Position numbers and translations under genes: made by a program. From positions 1 through 64,000 of the IMG/VR virus record IMGVR_UViG_3300031088_000737: DNA of 64,000 nucleotides. One strand, written 5' to 3'. The notes under the pieces are model-generated. The model did not search any database. It had not been told where the DNA came from and was given only the letters and a program-made list of their open reading frames with translations. This DNA comes from a virus. Of the stretch, positions 38,972 to 48,947 are shown piece after piece. Positions within the stretch are counted from its first letter, which is position 1. Each line of letters starts with the position of its first letter.

Positions 38972-40600
38972 ATGAATTTAAAAGAATACAGTAAAATATT
39001 AAACGATACCTTAGAACGAGTTGAAAACGAAACTGGTCAACAGTTTAGTAAAGATGTTGAAATGTTAGCCATTAATAAATATTTGAATACTCCTATTATG
39101 AAATCAGCTTATCCAAATATTGGACTCATTCATGATATTAAAAATGATGCTTATATGTTGGAATACAATGCAGATGGTTTTCATAAATTTTTTGGTTTGA
39201 TGACAGAAGACGGTTTTGAATTTAGATCAAAATTTGGTAACTACTCCAATATCTTGAGTGGACTAAAACCCATGATCAGTGAAGCTGTTCAATCATCAGC
39301 CAACAACATGAAAGAATTATTGCAACCAGCAAGCACTTTTAAAGATTTCATAAAAAATATTAGTGATAACGATCTTAACAATATTATTGCTGTTTCTGAT
39401 CGATCCTATGCTGAGTTTTTCAAAGTTGTTAAAATGATTAAACAAGAAGACCCGCTCACTCGTGATTTCTTAAAGCTTGCTTTAAAAGTAATGAATAAAT
39501 CCAATCAGAATGCTAAGTTTATTGATAATTATATGGAAGACAGGGTATATGAAATTATAAAAGAAGGGTTTGCAGAAGGTAGTGATCGATTAGGTCAATT
39601 AAGAAGATTACTTCACATTCAAGATTTTGACATTGATAATTATGATTTTGATGACACTGATGATGATCGTCAAGTTGAGTTTCTTACAAATATCATCAAG
39701 GAAGGATTTCCTAAGAACAGTATTGGGTATTTGTTATTAAATGATCATAAAAACTTCATTCATAACGTATTTGAACAACTCGTTTTTGAGAACCTAAAAA
39801 AACCCTTATGTTTTAGTATGAAATTAATCAGCAATGATTTAACAGTTGAACAATTATATAAAGCTAATCCTATTGTGGATATTGTCTTTAATGAAGCATT
39901 AAAACAAGACCCATTGCTAAATGAACAACCAGAAAACCTATTTAAACACAGTGTTATAAAAGATAATGATATATTTACATACGAACAAGGTGTTGATTAT
40001 TTTGCTTATCTCGATCATATTTTAGAAGAAACCGACAGATCATCCGTCATGATGGAACATTTTAAAACGCCACCACATAGACGTTCATATGCAGTCATTG
40101 ACCCAGAACTAGATGTGGATGTTGTTCGTTTTATCGGTACCGCTGGGCCTGATGTTCGATATCTCTTATGTGCCAGTGTTGATAAGAAATCAGAATCTAA
40201 GTATAAGACATTAAATCTAGATACCTATCTTCTTACAAAAAATGTATCTCCACAACAATTAGAAGACGCGGTTAAAAATGTGATTGACTACTGTAAAAAA
40301 AATGAACTTATATTATGTTTAGACCACAAGTCCATGCAACAAGGTTTAAATTATGATGAAGATGATATTGTGTGTAATATAGTTGATAAATTTAAAACTG
40401 AAATCTGTGCTGTTCTATTACCGTCATCATCAGAAAAAAAACGTCATACTTTGATTTCAAATTTGGATCTCCCTTATGCTGATATTGTTAAACTTGATAA
40501 CAAAATTGGAGAGATGATTGAAGCTAATATGAATGTAGATGATATGAAAACCATGTTAAAAAATGGAAATAAAACAATAAAATTAAAAATGTTAAAATAA
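38972..40600 (+). CDS. hypothetical protein, distant paralogue of 19940-21490
   Basis: 1-bp gap from upstream gene; tail KTIKLKMLK; terminator at 40599-40624. Confidence 0.75.
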   Translation: MNLKEYSKILNDTLERVENETGQQFSKDVEMLAINKYLNTPIMKSAYPNIGLIHDIKNDAYMLEYNADGFHKFFGLMTEDGFEFRSKFGNYSNILSGLKPMISEAVQSSANNMKELLQPASTFKDFIKNISDNDLNNIIAVSDRSYAEFFKVVKMIKQEDPLTRDFLKLALKVMNKSNQNAKFIDNYMEDRVYEIIKEGFAEGSDRLGQLRRLLHIQDFDIDNYDFDDTDDDRQVEFLTNIIKEGFPKNSIGYLLLNDHKNFIHNVFEQLVFENLKKPLCFSMKLISNDLTVEQLYKANPIVDIVFNEALKQDPLLNEQPENLFKHSVIKDNDIFTYEQGVDYFAYLDHILEETDRSSVMMEHFKTPPHRRSYAVIDPELDVDVVRFIGTAGPDVRYLLCASVDKKSESKYKTLNLDTYLLTKNVSPQQLEDAVKNVIDYCKKNELILCLDHKSMQQGLNYDEDDIVCNIVDKFKTEICAVLLPSSSEKKRHTLISNLDLPYADIVKLDNKIGEMIEANMNVDDMKTMLKNGNKTIKLKMLK

Positions 40601-40640
40601 AAAAGAGCTTCTAAAAGCTCTTTTATTTTTAAATCTTATA

Positions 40641-41456
40641 TCAATAATTAAAACTTTCTTGATATATTTTCTCTAGAACATCTTCAATACGCGAAACCAT
40701 CTTAAAATTAGCTTCTATACTGACACGATCTTCTTTTGATACGTTATCACCAATCCATACCCATGTGGTCTTGTTTGGAACATCAAGAAGCGTTAAACCT
40801 TCACAACATTCAATCGCATCTTCAATCATATGATTTTCAATACAAAAATCTCCAACAAGTGCTACTGAGTAACCAATGTTAGGTTCGTAGTCATTATAAA
40901 AGCTACTGAACAGAATAGATTCATCCAAGAAACCTTCGTTATAGAGAAAATACATGACTTGATTACCATGTGTGCTGGAATCTCGACCAAAATACAGATT
41001 ATCAATCAAATGACAGTCATCGTAACAGAAAAAAGTTTCCATATCTTCTTGATTGACTGAATTTAGCTTCAAAAACTCATTGAGAATAGTATCAATAACA
41101 GAATCCATATCGCGTTGTGTATCCACAAAAGCAATACCTGTTTGAGTATAAGAGTATAAAAGAATATTTGATAATCCAGAAGCCGTCATATCATCAGTCA
41201 AAGTTGTATAATTATTTTCAAACCATTTATCAGCATATTCGATGAAGTCTTGACCTAGCTCAGCTTTAAACCAAAAAATAGCTCCATCCCAAGAAAAGTT
41301 AGTGTCTTCTTCAAGAAAACTAATAGGTTGGTTATCTTCGATAAGATTAGCATGTCGGCTATTGTCTAGATTGAGCACCATCAGTACGCCATCAAAATGA
41401 TGGAACACTGGAGCATAACTGAGTTCAAATTGCTCTTTTGTGTGTTTGTAATACAT
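40641..41456 (-). CDS. acidic hypothetical protein
   Basis: AGGAG SD; D/E-rich. Confidence 0.75.
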   Translation of the reverse strand: MYYKHTKEQFELSYAPVFHHFDGVLMVLNLDNSRHANLIEDNQPISFLEEDTNFSWDGAIFWFKAELGQDFIEYADKWFENNYTTLTDDMTASGLSNILLYSYTQTGIAFVDTQRDMDSVIDTILNEFLKLNSVNQEDMETFFCYDDCHLIDNLYFGRDSSTHGNQVMYFLYNEGFLDESILFSSFYNDYEPNIGYSVALVGDFCIENHMIEDAIECCEGLTLLDVPNKTTWVWIGDNVSKEDRVSIEANFKMVSRIEDVLEKIYQESFNY

Positions 41457-41473
41457 GTTAAACTCCTATTAAA

Positions 41474-42040
41474 TTATACATCTTCTTCTTCTTTAAAGCG
41501 TTCAACAAAATCTTCTGTTTCTGGCAAACTTTCTAAACCATAGGAAGCCACCAATTTAACAGGATAATAATCTGTTACTGCATAGTTTGGGTTTTTCTTT
41601 TTAGGTGGAAGCTTATATTTCATAAATAATTCAGCCGATTCGCGTTCATCTTCAACAAAACCTTCATATACACTGAATGTCATCTTATCTAAATCGAGGA
41701 CATACACCCATTCGCAATAAAGAGAGTCACCTGCAAAAGAAACGCTGTTGATTAAATGAATTTCATCATCTGAATCAAAAATATATTGTAACAGTTCATG
41801 AGCTGCAGGCTGATGATGTTTGGGGGTGTCATATAAGTTTTTCTCTTGAAACTCTTTTTCACTGTGTAACCGAACATTTCTTAATTTCTTCTTGAATATA
41901 GCCATTTTTTTTGCATCAAGTGTGCGAACAAAATCTAAAACGTCGATACCAGTCCCACCGGGATAGCCATCAGAACGACCATATTGTGCGGCTTGAAACC
42001 TTTTATTTGCATAAACGCATACCAAGTGTCTTGTGCCCAT
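41474..42040 (-). CDS. MGTR...DGYP family protein, common in phages and plasmids
   Basis: MGTRHLVCV...AQYGRSDGYP...CEWVYVLDLD. Confidence 0.7.
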   Translation of the reverse strand: MGTRHLVCVYANKRFQAAQYGRSDGYPGGTGIDVLDFVRTLDAKKMAIFKKKLRNVRLHSEKEFQEKNLYDTPKHHQPAAHELLQYIFDSDDEIHLINSVSFAGDSLYCEWVYVLDLDKMTFSVYEGFVEDERESAELFMKYKLPPKKKNPNYAVTDYYPVKLVASYGLESLPETEDFVERFKEEEDV

Positions 42041-42136
42041 ATAAATCTCCTAAAATAAGTATCGTCTATATTATCATCTTTATCTTGAAATTACAATAAA
42101 ATAATGATAGTCTATTGTGAGAAAAATGGAGAAATC

Positions 42137-42877
42137 ATGAATATTCAATTGATTTTAGATAAAACTAAGTTTACCGATTTAGAGAAAATAAAAGTAGGTG
42201 CATTTATTACACCACTGACTAATAACATGAGTATCGTGTCGATTGAATATTCAGACTTAGATAAATATGAAATGATTAGCATCCATTTACATGACATTGT
42301 TTATTATTTTGGAAAGTCAGAAGTTGGACAAGTCTTAACATTGACATCATTTGAACGTTCAAAAGAAACTTATACAGAATACCAATTTTTTAGTAGTTTT
42401 ATCCCTACGATTGTTTACAAATTTAAGGAAGGTAAATCATTAGGCATGGGTAATGGAAGAAAAGAACGAAAACGAACCACTTTATACAATACTGCGTATG
42501 TTGATCCCATGATCAAAGTCGATATCGGTTATGCGGGTGGATCTGAAAAGCCAAAACAGATTACTGTTTATGTTCAAAAAAACGATTTGGTCAAGGTCAA
42601 CAAAGGTTTCACATTGGATCTCGTTAACTATTATTTTACGATTGACATGAAAACAAAAGAAGTTTTAGAAACACACTCGCATGGTGCAAAACGTTACAAC
42701 ATGTTATTTTCTGATAAACAATTTAAAAATCATACAAAATATAAATACTCAACAGAACTGGCAGAAAATTTTCTCGGATGTTTTAGCTCTTTGAATGATG
42801 TTCAAGATGTTTATTCAACGATAGGAAGGGAAGGGATACAGAATTTTGTTTACCTCAGTAAAATGATTTTAATTTAA
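42137..42877 (+). CDS. hypothetical protein with C-terminal M-x-x-Phi tag
   Basis: GGAG SD favours start 42137 (track 42104); ends FVYLSKMILI. Confidence 0.7.
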   Translation: MNIQLILDKTKFTDLEKIKVGAFITPLTNNMSIVSIEYSDLDKYEMISIHLHDIVYYFGKSEVGQVLTLTSFERSKETYTEYQFFSSFIPTIVYKFKEGKSLGMGNGRKERKRTTLYNTAYVDPMIKVDIGYAGGSEKPKQITVYVQKNDLVKVNKGFTLDLVNYYFTIDMKTKEVLETHSHGAKRYNMLFSDKQFKNHTKYKYSTELAENFLGCFSSLNDVQDVYSTIGREGIQNFVYLSKMILI

Positions 42878-42891
42878 AACCACCAGATAAC

Positions 42892-42914
42892 AAAAAAGCC
42901 CTTTCGGGCTTTTT
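42892..42914. terminator. bidirectional intrinsic terminator
   Basis: AAAAAAGCCC-TTTC-GGGCTTTTT. Confidence 0.75.
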
Positions 42915-42920
42915 GTCGTT

Positions 42921-43895
42921 TTAACTTTCGTCATTACTGAGAATATGACTGTATATTTGTTTCATGGTAATAGTGCTGATAGGTGTTTTTGTTTCTTGAT
43001 CAACAACAATACCAAGGGCAGTGTTATTTTCTCTTAATTCAACAATCACATCCATCAAGTTATCATCAGTTTCCAAAATGATAGCTGGTCTTGTAAAATC
43101 AGCCACTGTTGCCATTGTGACACCTTTAACAAATTCAGGAGCCACATCACGGTAAAACACGATACCAATCATTTGATCATTGTTCATCACGAAGAAACGT
43201 TTGTTATTTACGTCTTCAAATGCTGAACGATATGTCATCACTGGTTCATTGTAATCCATAATAACGGGATGAAAATGTTTATCAATAACATCCCCTATCT
43301 TAATTTGTTTAATATTGAAAATCCTTTCCAGCATTTTTTGTTCTGATTTATCAATAATACCATTCTTTCTATAATGCTTGATAGTCATTTTCAACTCGTT
43401 GAGACTCATCAATCGTTTGGATTCCAATTTGAAAATCTTAACCCAAACATAGGTTAGTAAAATGAATGGATAGTTAACAAAGTAAGCATATCGAGGAATC
43501 ACACTGAGTTTAACCAATATCTTTTCATAATTATAGTTTGCAACAATTTTTGGTAATGTTCTGGCGAATACAAGCATGAAGTATGTTAATAGACCAGTGA
43601 AAATTAATACATATTGATGTGGTAAGTATTTTGAAGACATTGCACCCAAAAGGGAGCTACCTAAAATACTACTTAATGTGCTAGAAACTGTCATCGCAGT
43701 AATATGCCAGTCCTTTTTATTCATTATTTTTTCAATACGTTTTTTTTTCTTATCTGGGATGTCGTCTCTGTTCATTAATAGATTTAGTTTTATATCATCC
43801 ATAATCACAAGCGATGATTCAATAAGAGCAAACATACCAGAAATGGCTACGATACCAATAGAAGCAAGTATAAGCAATCCAATTTCTATGTACAT
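42921..43895 (-). CDS. CNNM (DUF21) + CBS domain protein, TlyC/CorB-like
   Basis: ISGMFALIESSL, further TM helices, RTLPKIVA, KSEQKMLERIF, CBS pair. Confidence 0.85.
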   Translation of the reverse strand: MYIEIGLLILASIGIVAISGMFALIESSLVIMDDIKLNLLMNRDDIPDKKKKRIEKIMNKKDWHITAMTVSSTLSSILGSSLLGAMSSKYLPHQYVLIFTGLLTYFMLVFARTLPKIVANYNYEKILVKLSVIPRYAYFVNYPFILLTYVWVKIFKLESKRLMSLNELKMTIKHYRKNGIIDKSEQKMLERIFNIKQIKIGDVIDKHFHPVIMDYNEPVMTYRSAFEDVNNKRFFVMNNDQMIGIVFYRDVAPEFVKGVTMATVADFTRPAIILETDDNLMDVIVELRENNTALGIVVDQETKTPISTITMKQIYSHILSNDES

Positions 43896-44000
43896 AAAAG
43901 TCTTCCTTATTAGCGTTTATAATCATCAGTTTAGCACACATATTATCAAAATAAAATGATTATTTTTTTATTTTTTTACAAAATTATTTCAAAATAATTT

Positions 44001-44957
44001 TTAATACTCATACATGCGATACACTTCAAAATCTTTCTCTGTTAAATTGTTGGCGTCTAATCCAAATTCATTGAACAAACTATCAATACTTTCAGCATTA
44101 AATATCTTATTTTGTTTAAAATAATCCAAAGAATATTTAGACAGTAATTCATTCAATGAAAATTCTTTATCTGTCCCGGCTACTCTGATTGTATTTTGAC
44201 CAGTTTTTAATACATAAATATATTGACCAAGACAATTAGCTAAAAAGCCGGTGCAATTGTTGGAAAAGTCTGCAATCAAAAACCATTCATCGTAGCTAAT
44301 ACGTTTTGAAACAAAATACGGCGTTTTTACTAATTTTTGTTTTAATACCATATGTTCGTCAATAAAGTCAACGCCTTTATTTTTATGAATTTCTCTCAAT
44401 TGTCCATTATACAGATGATAGAGATCTGGTTCTCCTGCTTTATCAGCCGCGTAACATTTGTAGACCGGACTATCTCGATCATTATTTACACTGAAATCCA
44501 TCGTTGATTTAATAAAATGATAGTAATTCTTTACACCATTTTTTGACAACACTTTGAAATCCTTTCTGGTTGCATAGATAAATGGGCAGCTATTAACAAT
44601 TTCAACAATGTGGCGGCTAGCATGCTCCAACTTATTTTTTTTACTGGCAGTATCTACTTCTTCCATATAGGTTTTCATATCATCGGTTGGTTTTGGGGTC
44701 ATTTTGAGATTGAATTCATAGACCAGCTTCTTGAAAAAATAGCCGAAATAAAACGCAACATGAAATTGTTGATGTTCGGGTTGAAACTGAATTTTTAGTT
44801 TAAGTTTTCCGCTCACAATTATTGTAAACATGCAATTTTTTTTATCGTAAGCTAAATTGTTTGCTTGATAATGATAAGGGATATCATCTCGATGTTTATT
44901 TGATTCTTGAGAACGTGTGTGCATTCTTAATTGATTGTAATGTTCCCAATAATTCAT
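44001..44957 (-). CDS. hypothetical protein with C-terminal M-x-x-Phi tag
   Basis: ends DFEVYRMYEY. Confidence 0.75.
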   Translation of the reverse strand: MNYWEHYNQLRMHTRSQESNKHRDDIPYHYQANNLAYDKKNCMFTIIVSGKLKLKIQFQPEHQQFHVAFYFGYFFKKLVYEFNLKMTPKPTDDMKTYMEEVDTASKKNKLEHASRHIVEIVNSCPFIYATRKDFKVLSKNGVKNYYHFIKSTMDFSVNNDRDSPVYKCYAADKAGEPDLYHLYNGQLREIHKNKGVDFIDEHMVLKQKLVKTPYFVSKRISYDEWFLIADFSNNCTGFLANCLGQYIYVLKTGQNTIRVAGTDKEFSLNELLSKYSLDYFKQNKIFNAESIDSLFNEFGLDANNLTEKDFEVYRMYEY

Positions 44958-45139
44958 GATGACCTCCTATAAAGTAGACAAATTATACCACTTATTATAA
45001 TACTTAACAAGGATTATTAAGCAATTTTAAGCTAAGAAACAATTAAAAATGATTACTTTTCAATGATTAAAAAAAAGTATTTGTTTTTTCTTGGAAAGCC
45101 TCTATACTTAGAGATAGTTTATACATAAGGAGTTTAAAT

Positions 45140-46150
45140 ATGATAAAAGTAGCAATTAATGGATTTGGTAGAATTGGCAGAAACGTTTTAAGAGCTTTTC
45201 ACGAGCATCCACATTATAGAAGCTCGATTGAAATCGTCGCCATTAATGATCTTTCTCCCATTGAACATTCCGTTCACTTACTAAAATATGACAGCATTCA
45301 TAAACAGTTTGATAAAATTGTTAAAGCCCACGACGACGAAATTCACATCAATAATCATAAAATTAAATACACATCTATCAAAGATGCTAAGTTGCTGCCT
45401 TGGGCTGCATTAGATGTTGATATCGTATTTGACTGTACAGGTAAATATACCAAGCATGAAACCGCTTCTGACCATTTGGTGGCTGGGGCTAAACGTGTTG
45501 TAGTTTCAGCACCTTGTGATGGAGCTGATAAAACCATTGTCTGGGGTGTGAATGAGAATACATTGGTTGCCAGTGACAAAATCATTTCAAATGCATCCTG
45601 TACCACCAACTGTCTTGCTCCTATTGTAGCACTTATCCATAGAGAGTTTGATATTAAAAATGGCTTAATGACCACTATTCACTCTTATACAGGTGACCAA
45701 CGCTTGGTGGATACTGATCATAGTGATCTTTACAGAGCACGAGCCGCCGCTCTTTCTATGATTCCGTCTAAGACAGGTGCAGCAAAAGCTATCGGCCTGA
45801 TTATTCCAGAATTAAAAGGCAAGATTAATGGACTATCTGTTCGTGTTCCAACCCCTAACGTTTCATTGGTTGACTTTACTTGTAATGTTAATAAAGAAGT
45901 GACTGCAGACGCAGTAAACAATCTCTTCAAGACAGAAGTTGCCAAAGGCGTATTTAACGGTGTATTGGGTTATAACGATGAACCACTAGTCTCTATTGAT
46001 TTCAATCATAATAAGCATTCAAGTGTCTACGATTCCACTCAGACCATTGTGCATGATGGTATGGTCAAAGTGTTTGCATGGTATGATAATGAATGGGGTT
46101 TCTCAAACAGAATGCTTGATTTGGCATTAACCATTTCTAAATTGAAATAA
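45140..46150 (+). CDS. gap: type I glyceraldehyde-3-phosphate dehydrogenase
   Basis: INGFGRIGR, SNASCTTNCLAP (catalytic Cys), TGAAKA, RVPTPNVS, WYDNEWGFS. Confidence 0.95.
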   Translation: MIKVAINGFGRIGRNVLRAFHEHPHYRSSIEIVAINDLSPIEHSVHLLKYDSIHKQFDKIVKAHDDEIHINNHKIKYTSIKDAKLLPWAALDVDIVFDCTGKYTKHETASDHLVAGAKRVVVSAPCDGADKTIVWGVNENTLVASDKIISNASCTTNCLAPIVALIHREFDIKNGLMTTIHSYTGDQRLVDTDHSDLYRARAAALSMIPSKTGAAKAIGLIIPELKGKINGLSVRVPTPNVSLVDFTCNVNKEVTADAVNNLFKTEVAKGVFNGVLGYNDEPLVSIDFNHNKHSSVYDSTQTIVHDGMVKVFAWYDNEWGFSNRMLDLALTISKLK

Positions 46151-46152
46151 TT

Positions 46153-46175
46153 AAAGGCTCGAAAGAGCCTTTTTT
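46153..46175 (+). terminator. intrinsic terminator
   Basis: AAAGGCTC-GAAA-GAGCCTTTTTT. Confidence 0.8.
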
Positions 46176-46228
46176 GTTGACATCTACCTATCATTTTTGA
46201 TATCATAGTTCAAATTTAGGAGAATGCT

Positions 46229-47170
46229 ATGTCAACTGTTATCTATAATGCTTATCGTTTTAAATCAAACAGAGCTTCCACTGTTGAAAAAAACAATACG
46301 CTCATTCGTGAAGTGTTGACTAAAAAACTCAAGTCTACTATTTATAAAAAAATGACAGACCTTTTTATTGAATATAAATTTTATCTGATGAGAAATCCAG
46401 AAAAAAAGAATGAACTTAATAGCATTCATAGCTTTTTGGACTTATCTAGTTATGACACACCTAAACAGCAATCAGTTTTTTTGAAAGACTTGATTAATCA
46501 ACGAGTCTATTCTGATACTAAATTTTATAAATTATTTGTTGAAATGACCACTGAATCGACTAGATTTAATCTCAGCAATAACTTTAACCATAAAGTTACA
46601 GTTTATTTTAGAACAGTAGGTGAATATACTTATTATCTTTTTATGAGTAATATGAGTGATGTTACTTTTGATTTTAGGAATGACTTCGAAAGCTACATGC
46701 CTGCGACATTTACAACTTATGATTACTGGAATAATACTGATGGGCCAGATGATATGACCTATGAAGCATGGAGTGGTCGTGGCCGTAAATGGGATAAGGT
46801 ATTCAAGCATAAACCTTCTAATGAAATGAATAAAATTGAAATTGAACTTGAAAATTATTCTTTAATGGATTATCAAAATTGTATTGATTCAATTCCTGAT
46901 GATTATAACCTGTTTAAGCTCTATTATGATGAAATTAGATCGGAAATCTATTTCTCAGAAATTACTGAAAAGTATTTGAAAGAAACTGGTAAACGAAGTG
47001 ATAGTAAAACTTTCCGTGAGACAGTTGCTCGGATTCGACAAGATTTTGCAGATGGCTCTGCGTTAGAACTCTACCCAGAATTTGAGGCAAGTCCTTACAC
47101 TAAGGATAGAATTCTAAATTCATTGTTTTATGACAGCATTCCAAAATCCACTGAAATTCAAATGTGCTGA
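46229..47170 (+). CDS. hypothetical protein, MSTxIxN family, paralogue of 47229-48167
   Basis: MSTVIYNAY; YDYWNNTDGPDDMTYEAW...W. Confidence 0.75.
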   Translation: MSTVIYNAYRFKSNRASTVEKNNTLIREVLTKKLKSTIYKKMTDLFIEYKFYLMRNPEKKNELNSIHSFLDLSSYDTPKQQSVFLKDLINQRVYSDTKFYKLFVEMTTESTRFNLSNNFNHKVTVYFRTVGEYTYYLFMSNMSDVTFDFRNDFESYMPATFTTYDYWNNTDGPDDMTYEAWSGRGRKWDKVFKHKPSNEMNKIEIELENYSLMDYQNCIDSIPDDYNLFKLYYDEIRSEIYFSEITEKYLKETGKRSDSKTFRETVARIRQDFADGSALELYPEFEASPYTKDRILNSLFYDSIPKSTEIQMC

Positions 47171-47228
47171 TTTTGATTGATTTGAAACATAGTAACGTGT
47201 ATAATTGCAGTTAAAATAGGAGAAATAA

Positions 47229-48167
47229 ATGTCAACATGTATTTCAAATGGTTACATACTTGAAACTTCAAACTCTAAAAAAGTGAATAAAGTGAACGAA
47301 CGGCTTCGCCTCATTTTTAATCAAATTTTAAAGGATACATTAGTTTCTAATATGGTTTCCATTATGTCTCCTATTGCTAACTACACCTGTAATTTAAAAT
47401 CTGATTGTGCTGAGCGTCATGATTCTTATTTGGAATGTATTCAGTCTAAAAACCATGAACTACAAAATATAGCATTTGAAACGAGTGTTCGTCATAAGTT
47501 TAGGAATGATGAAGGCACACTTTTTGATTTCACTAAAGATGTCATTGAGTTGATGTCAAACCAAAACATTTATAGTCAATACAGTCTTAATTCGGAAAAA
47601 ATTTATTTCAAAACCGTAGGTCATGTGACTTTATATTTCTTTGCAGTATCCAATGCCGTTGCAGAACAATTTGAAAAAATTAACCAACGTCATAATATTT
47701 TAAAAAAATATGAATACTATGACAATACGGACAAACCCGATGAAGTTACTACAAAAGCTTGGGAACATCGTCGTCATACATGGAATCGTGTATTAGGCCA
47801 TTCTATGAATATTTCCGAAGTTATGTATAATATTCCTATCAAGGTTGATTTTTATGATATTCGTGAAGATACTGTTATGGCTGAACTTCCAGATGAAGCG
47901 GAACGACTTCGTAGTGTTTATAAGCGAAGCCGTCTCAATGAAATATGCCAAGCTCAATTAGCTGAATATGAAGCAAAGCATGGAGCAGCACCTGCTATGT
48001 CTGAATATTCCAATATCTACTTTGAAGCTGCAGAAGCTGTTGCAGAAGAAATTAAACAAGGTGTCTATCTTACGTCTCAAAAACATCTTGATATGATGAT
48101 CAATCAAGAAGATTTCTTTAACGCCATTTTTTACAAAGAAAGCAACTATTTTAAAAAAGAAGATTAA
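47229..48167 (+). CDS. hypothetical protein, MSTxIxN family
   Basis: MSTCISNGY; YEYYDNTDKPDEVTTKAW...W. Confidence 0.75.
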   Translation: MSTCISNGYILETSNSKKVNKVNERLRLIFNQILKDTLVSNMVSIMSPIANYTCNLKSDCAERHDSYLECIQSKNHELQNIAFETSVRHKFRNDEGTLFDFTKDVIELMSNQNIYSQYSLNSEKIYFKTVGHVTLYFFAVSNAVAEQFEKINQRHNILKKYEYYDNTDKPDEVTTKAWEHRRHTWNRVLGHSMNISEVMYNIPIKVDFYDIREDTVMAELPDEAERLRSVYKRSRLNEICQAQLAEYEAKHGAAPAMSEYSNIYFEAAEAVAEEIKQGVYLTSQKHLDMMINQEDFFNAIFYKESNYFKKED

Positions 48168-48168
48168 T

Positions 48169-48852
48169 ATGATTGTAAATGAAATTTATGAACCTGATGA
48201 ACCTGAAATGATTGAGCACATGGACATTTTTCGTGAGGCTCTGTTACCTTACATGTCGGAGGATGCGATTGTTAATATTGAATACATTGGTAATCGTTAT
48301 GATGTCGATATCTCAGAAGGTCGTTTCGCTGGAGTTAGTTTTCTAGGTTATTATTACAATGATTATATCAGCATTGAATTGAAAAGTAAGCAAGCATTTT
48401 ATAAACTATTTGAGCTTTTTCCACAATCTACACCTATTGATTATGAGACTTTAAATAAAAACTTAACTCGTTTTAAATTTTTATATGCGTTTGCTTTTGG
48501 ACGTAATCTTAATATAAAATCCATTAAAAATGAGGATGATTTGCTGAATCATCATACCTATGATGGCCCTAATTATTATCATCTTATAAAAGAACCTGAC
48601 ATGGAAAATTCCAGATTTTCAGTGGGTATGGGTATCGGTATTGATACTCAACCCATTTTGTTGAATAATCATATTTCTTACAATTATTCCACTGAAAAAG
48701 ATTTTTCAAAAGATAAAAATGCTATTCGTAAAAGACACTATAAAGAGTTTGAGGATGCTTTTATTGAGAGATTTATCACAAATCGACTGGGTATTTCAAA
48801 AGCTGATGTGACGTTGGCACATTATAAAATCTTGCGAATGGTAAATATTTAA
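48169..48852 (+). CDS. hypothetical protein with C-terminal tag, paralogue of 50945-51649
   Basis: YISIELKS..F..LFELFP...IDYE.LN..L..FKFLYAF; ends HYKILRMVNI. Confidence 0.75.
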   Translation: MIVNEIYEPDEPEMIEHMDIFREALLPYMSEDAIVNIEYIGNRYDVDISEGRFAGVSFLGYYYNDYISIELKSKQAFYKLFELFPQSTPIDYETLNKNLTRFKFLYAFAFGRNLNIKSIKNEDDLLNHHTYDGPNYYHLIKEPDMENSRFSVGMGIGIDTQPILLNNHISYNYSTEKDFSKDKNAIRKRHYKEFEDAFIERFITNRLGISKADVTLAHYKILRMVNI

Positions 48853-48947
48853 AGAACTCCTATTTTGTTATTTTATTTTTTTTTAATGATGTTATAGTTT
48901 AATCAAATCGAGTAAAAAATTTCTAAACTATATAAGGATAACTAAAT

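Noticed and set aside
45140-46150. Erythrose-4-phosphate dehydrogenase (epd)
   Set aside because: The motifs (TGAAKA, WYDNEWGFS, intact SCTTNC) fit GAPDH at least as well; a phylogeny would settle it.
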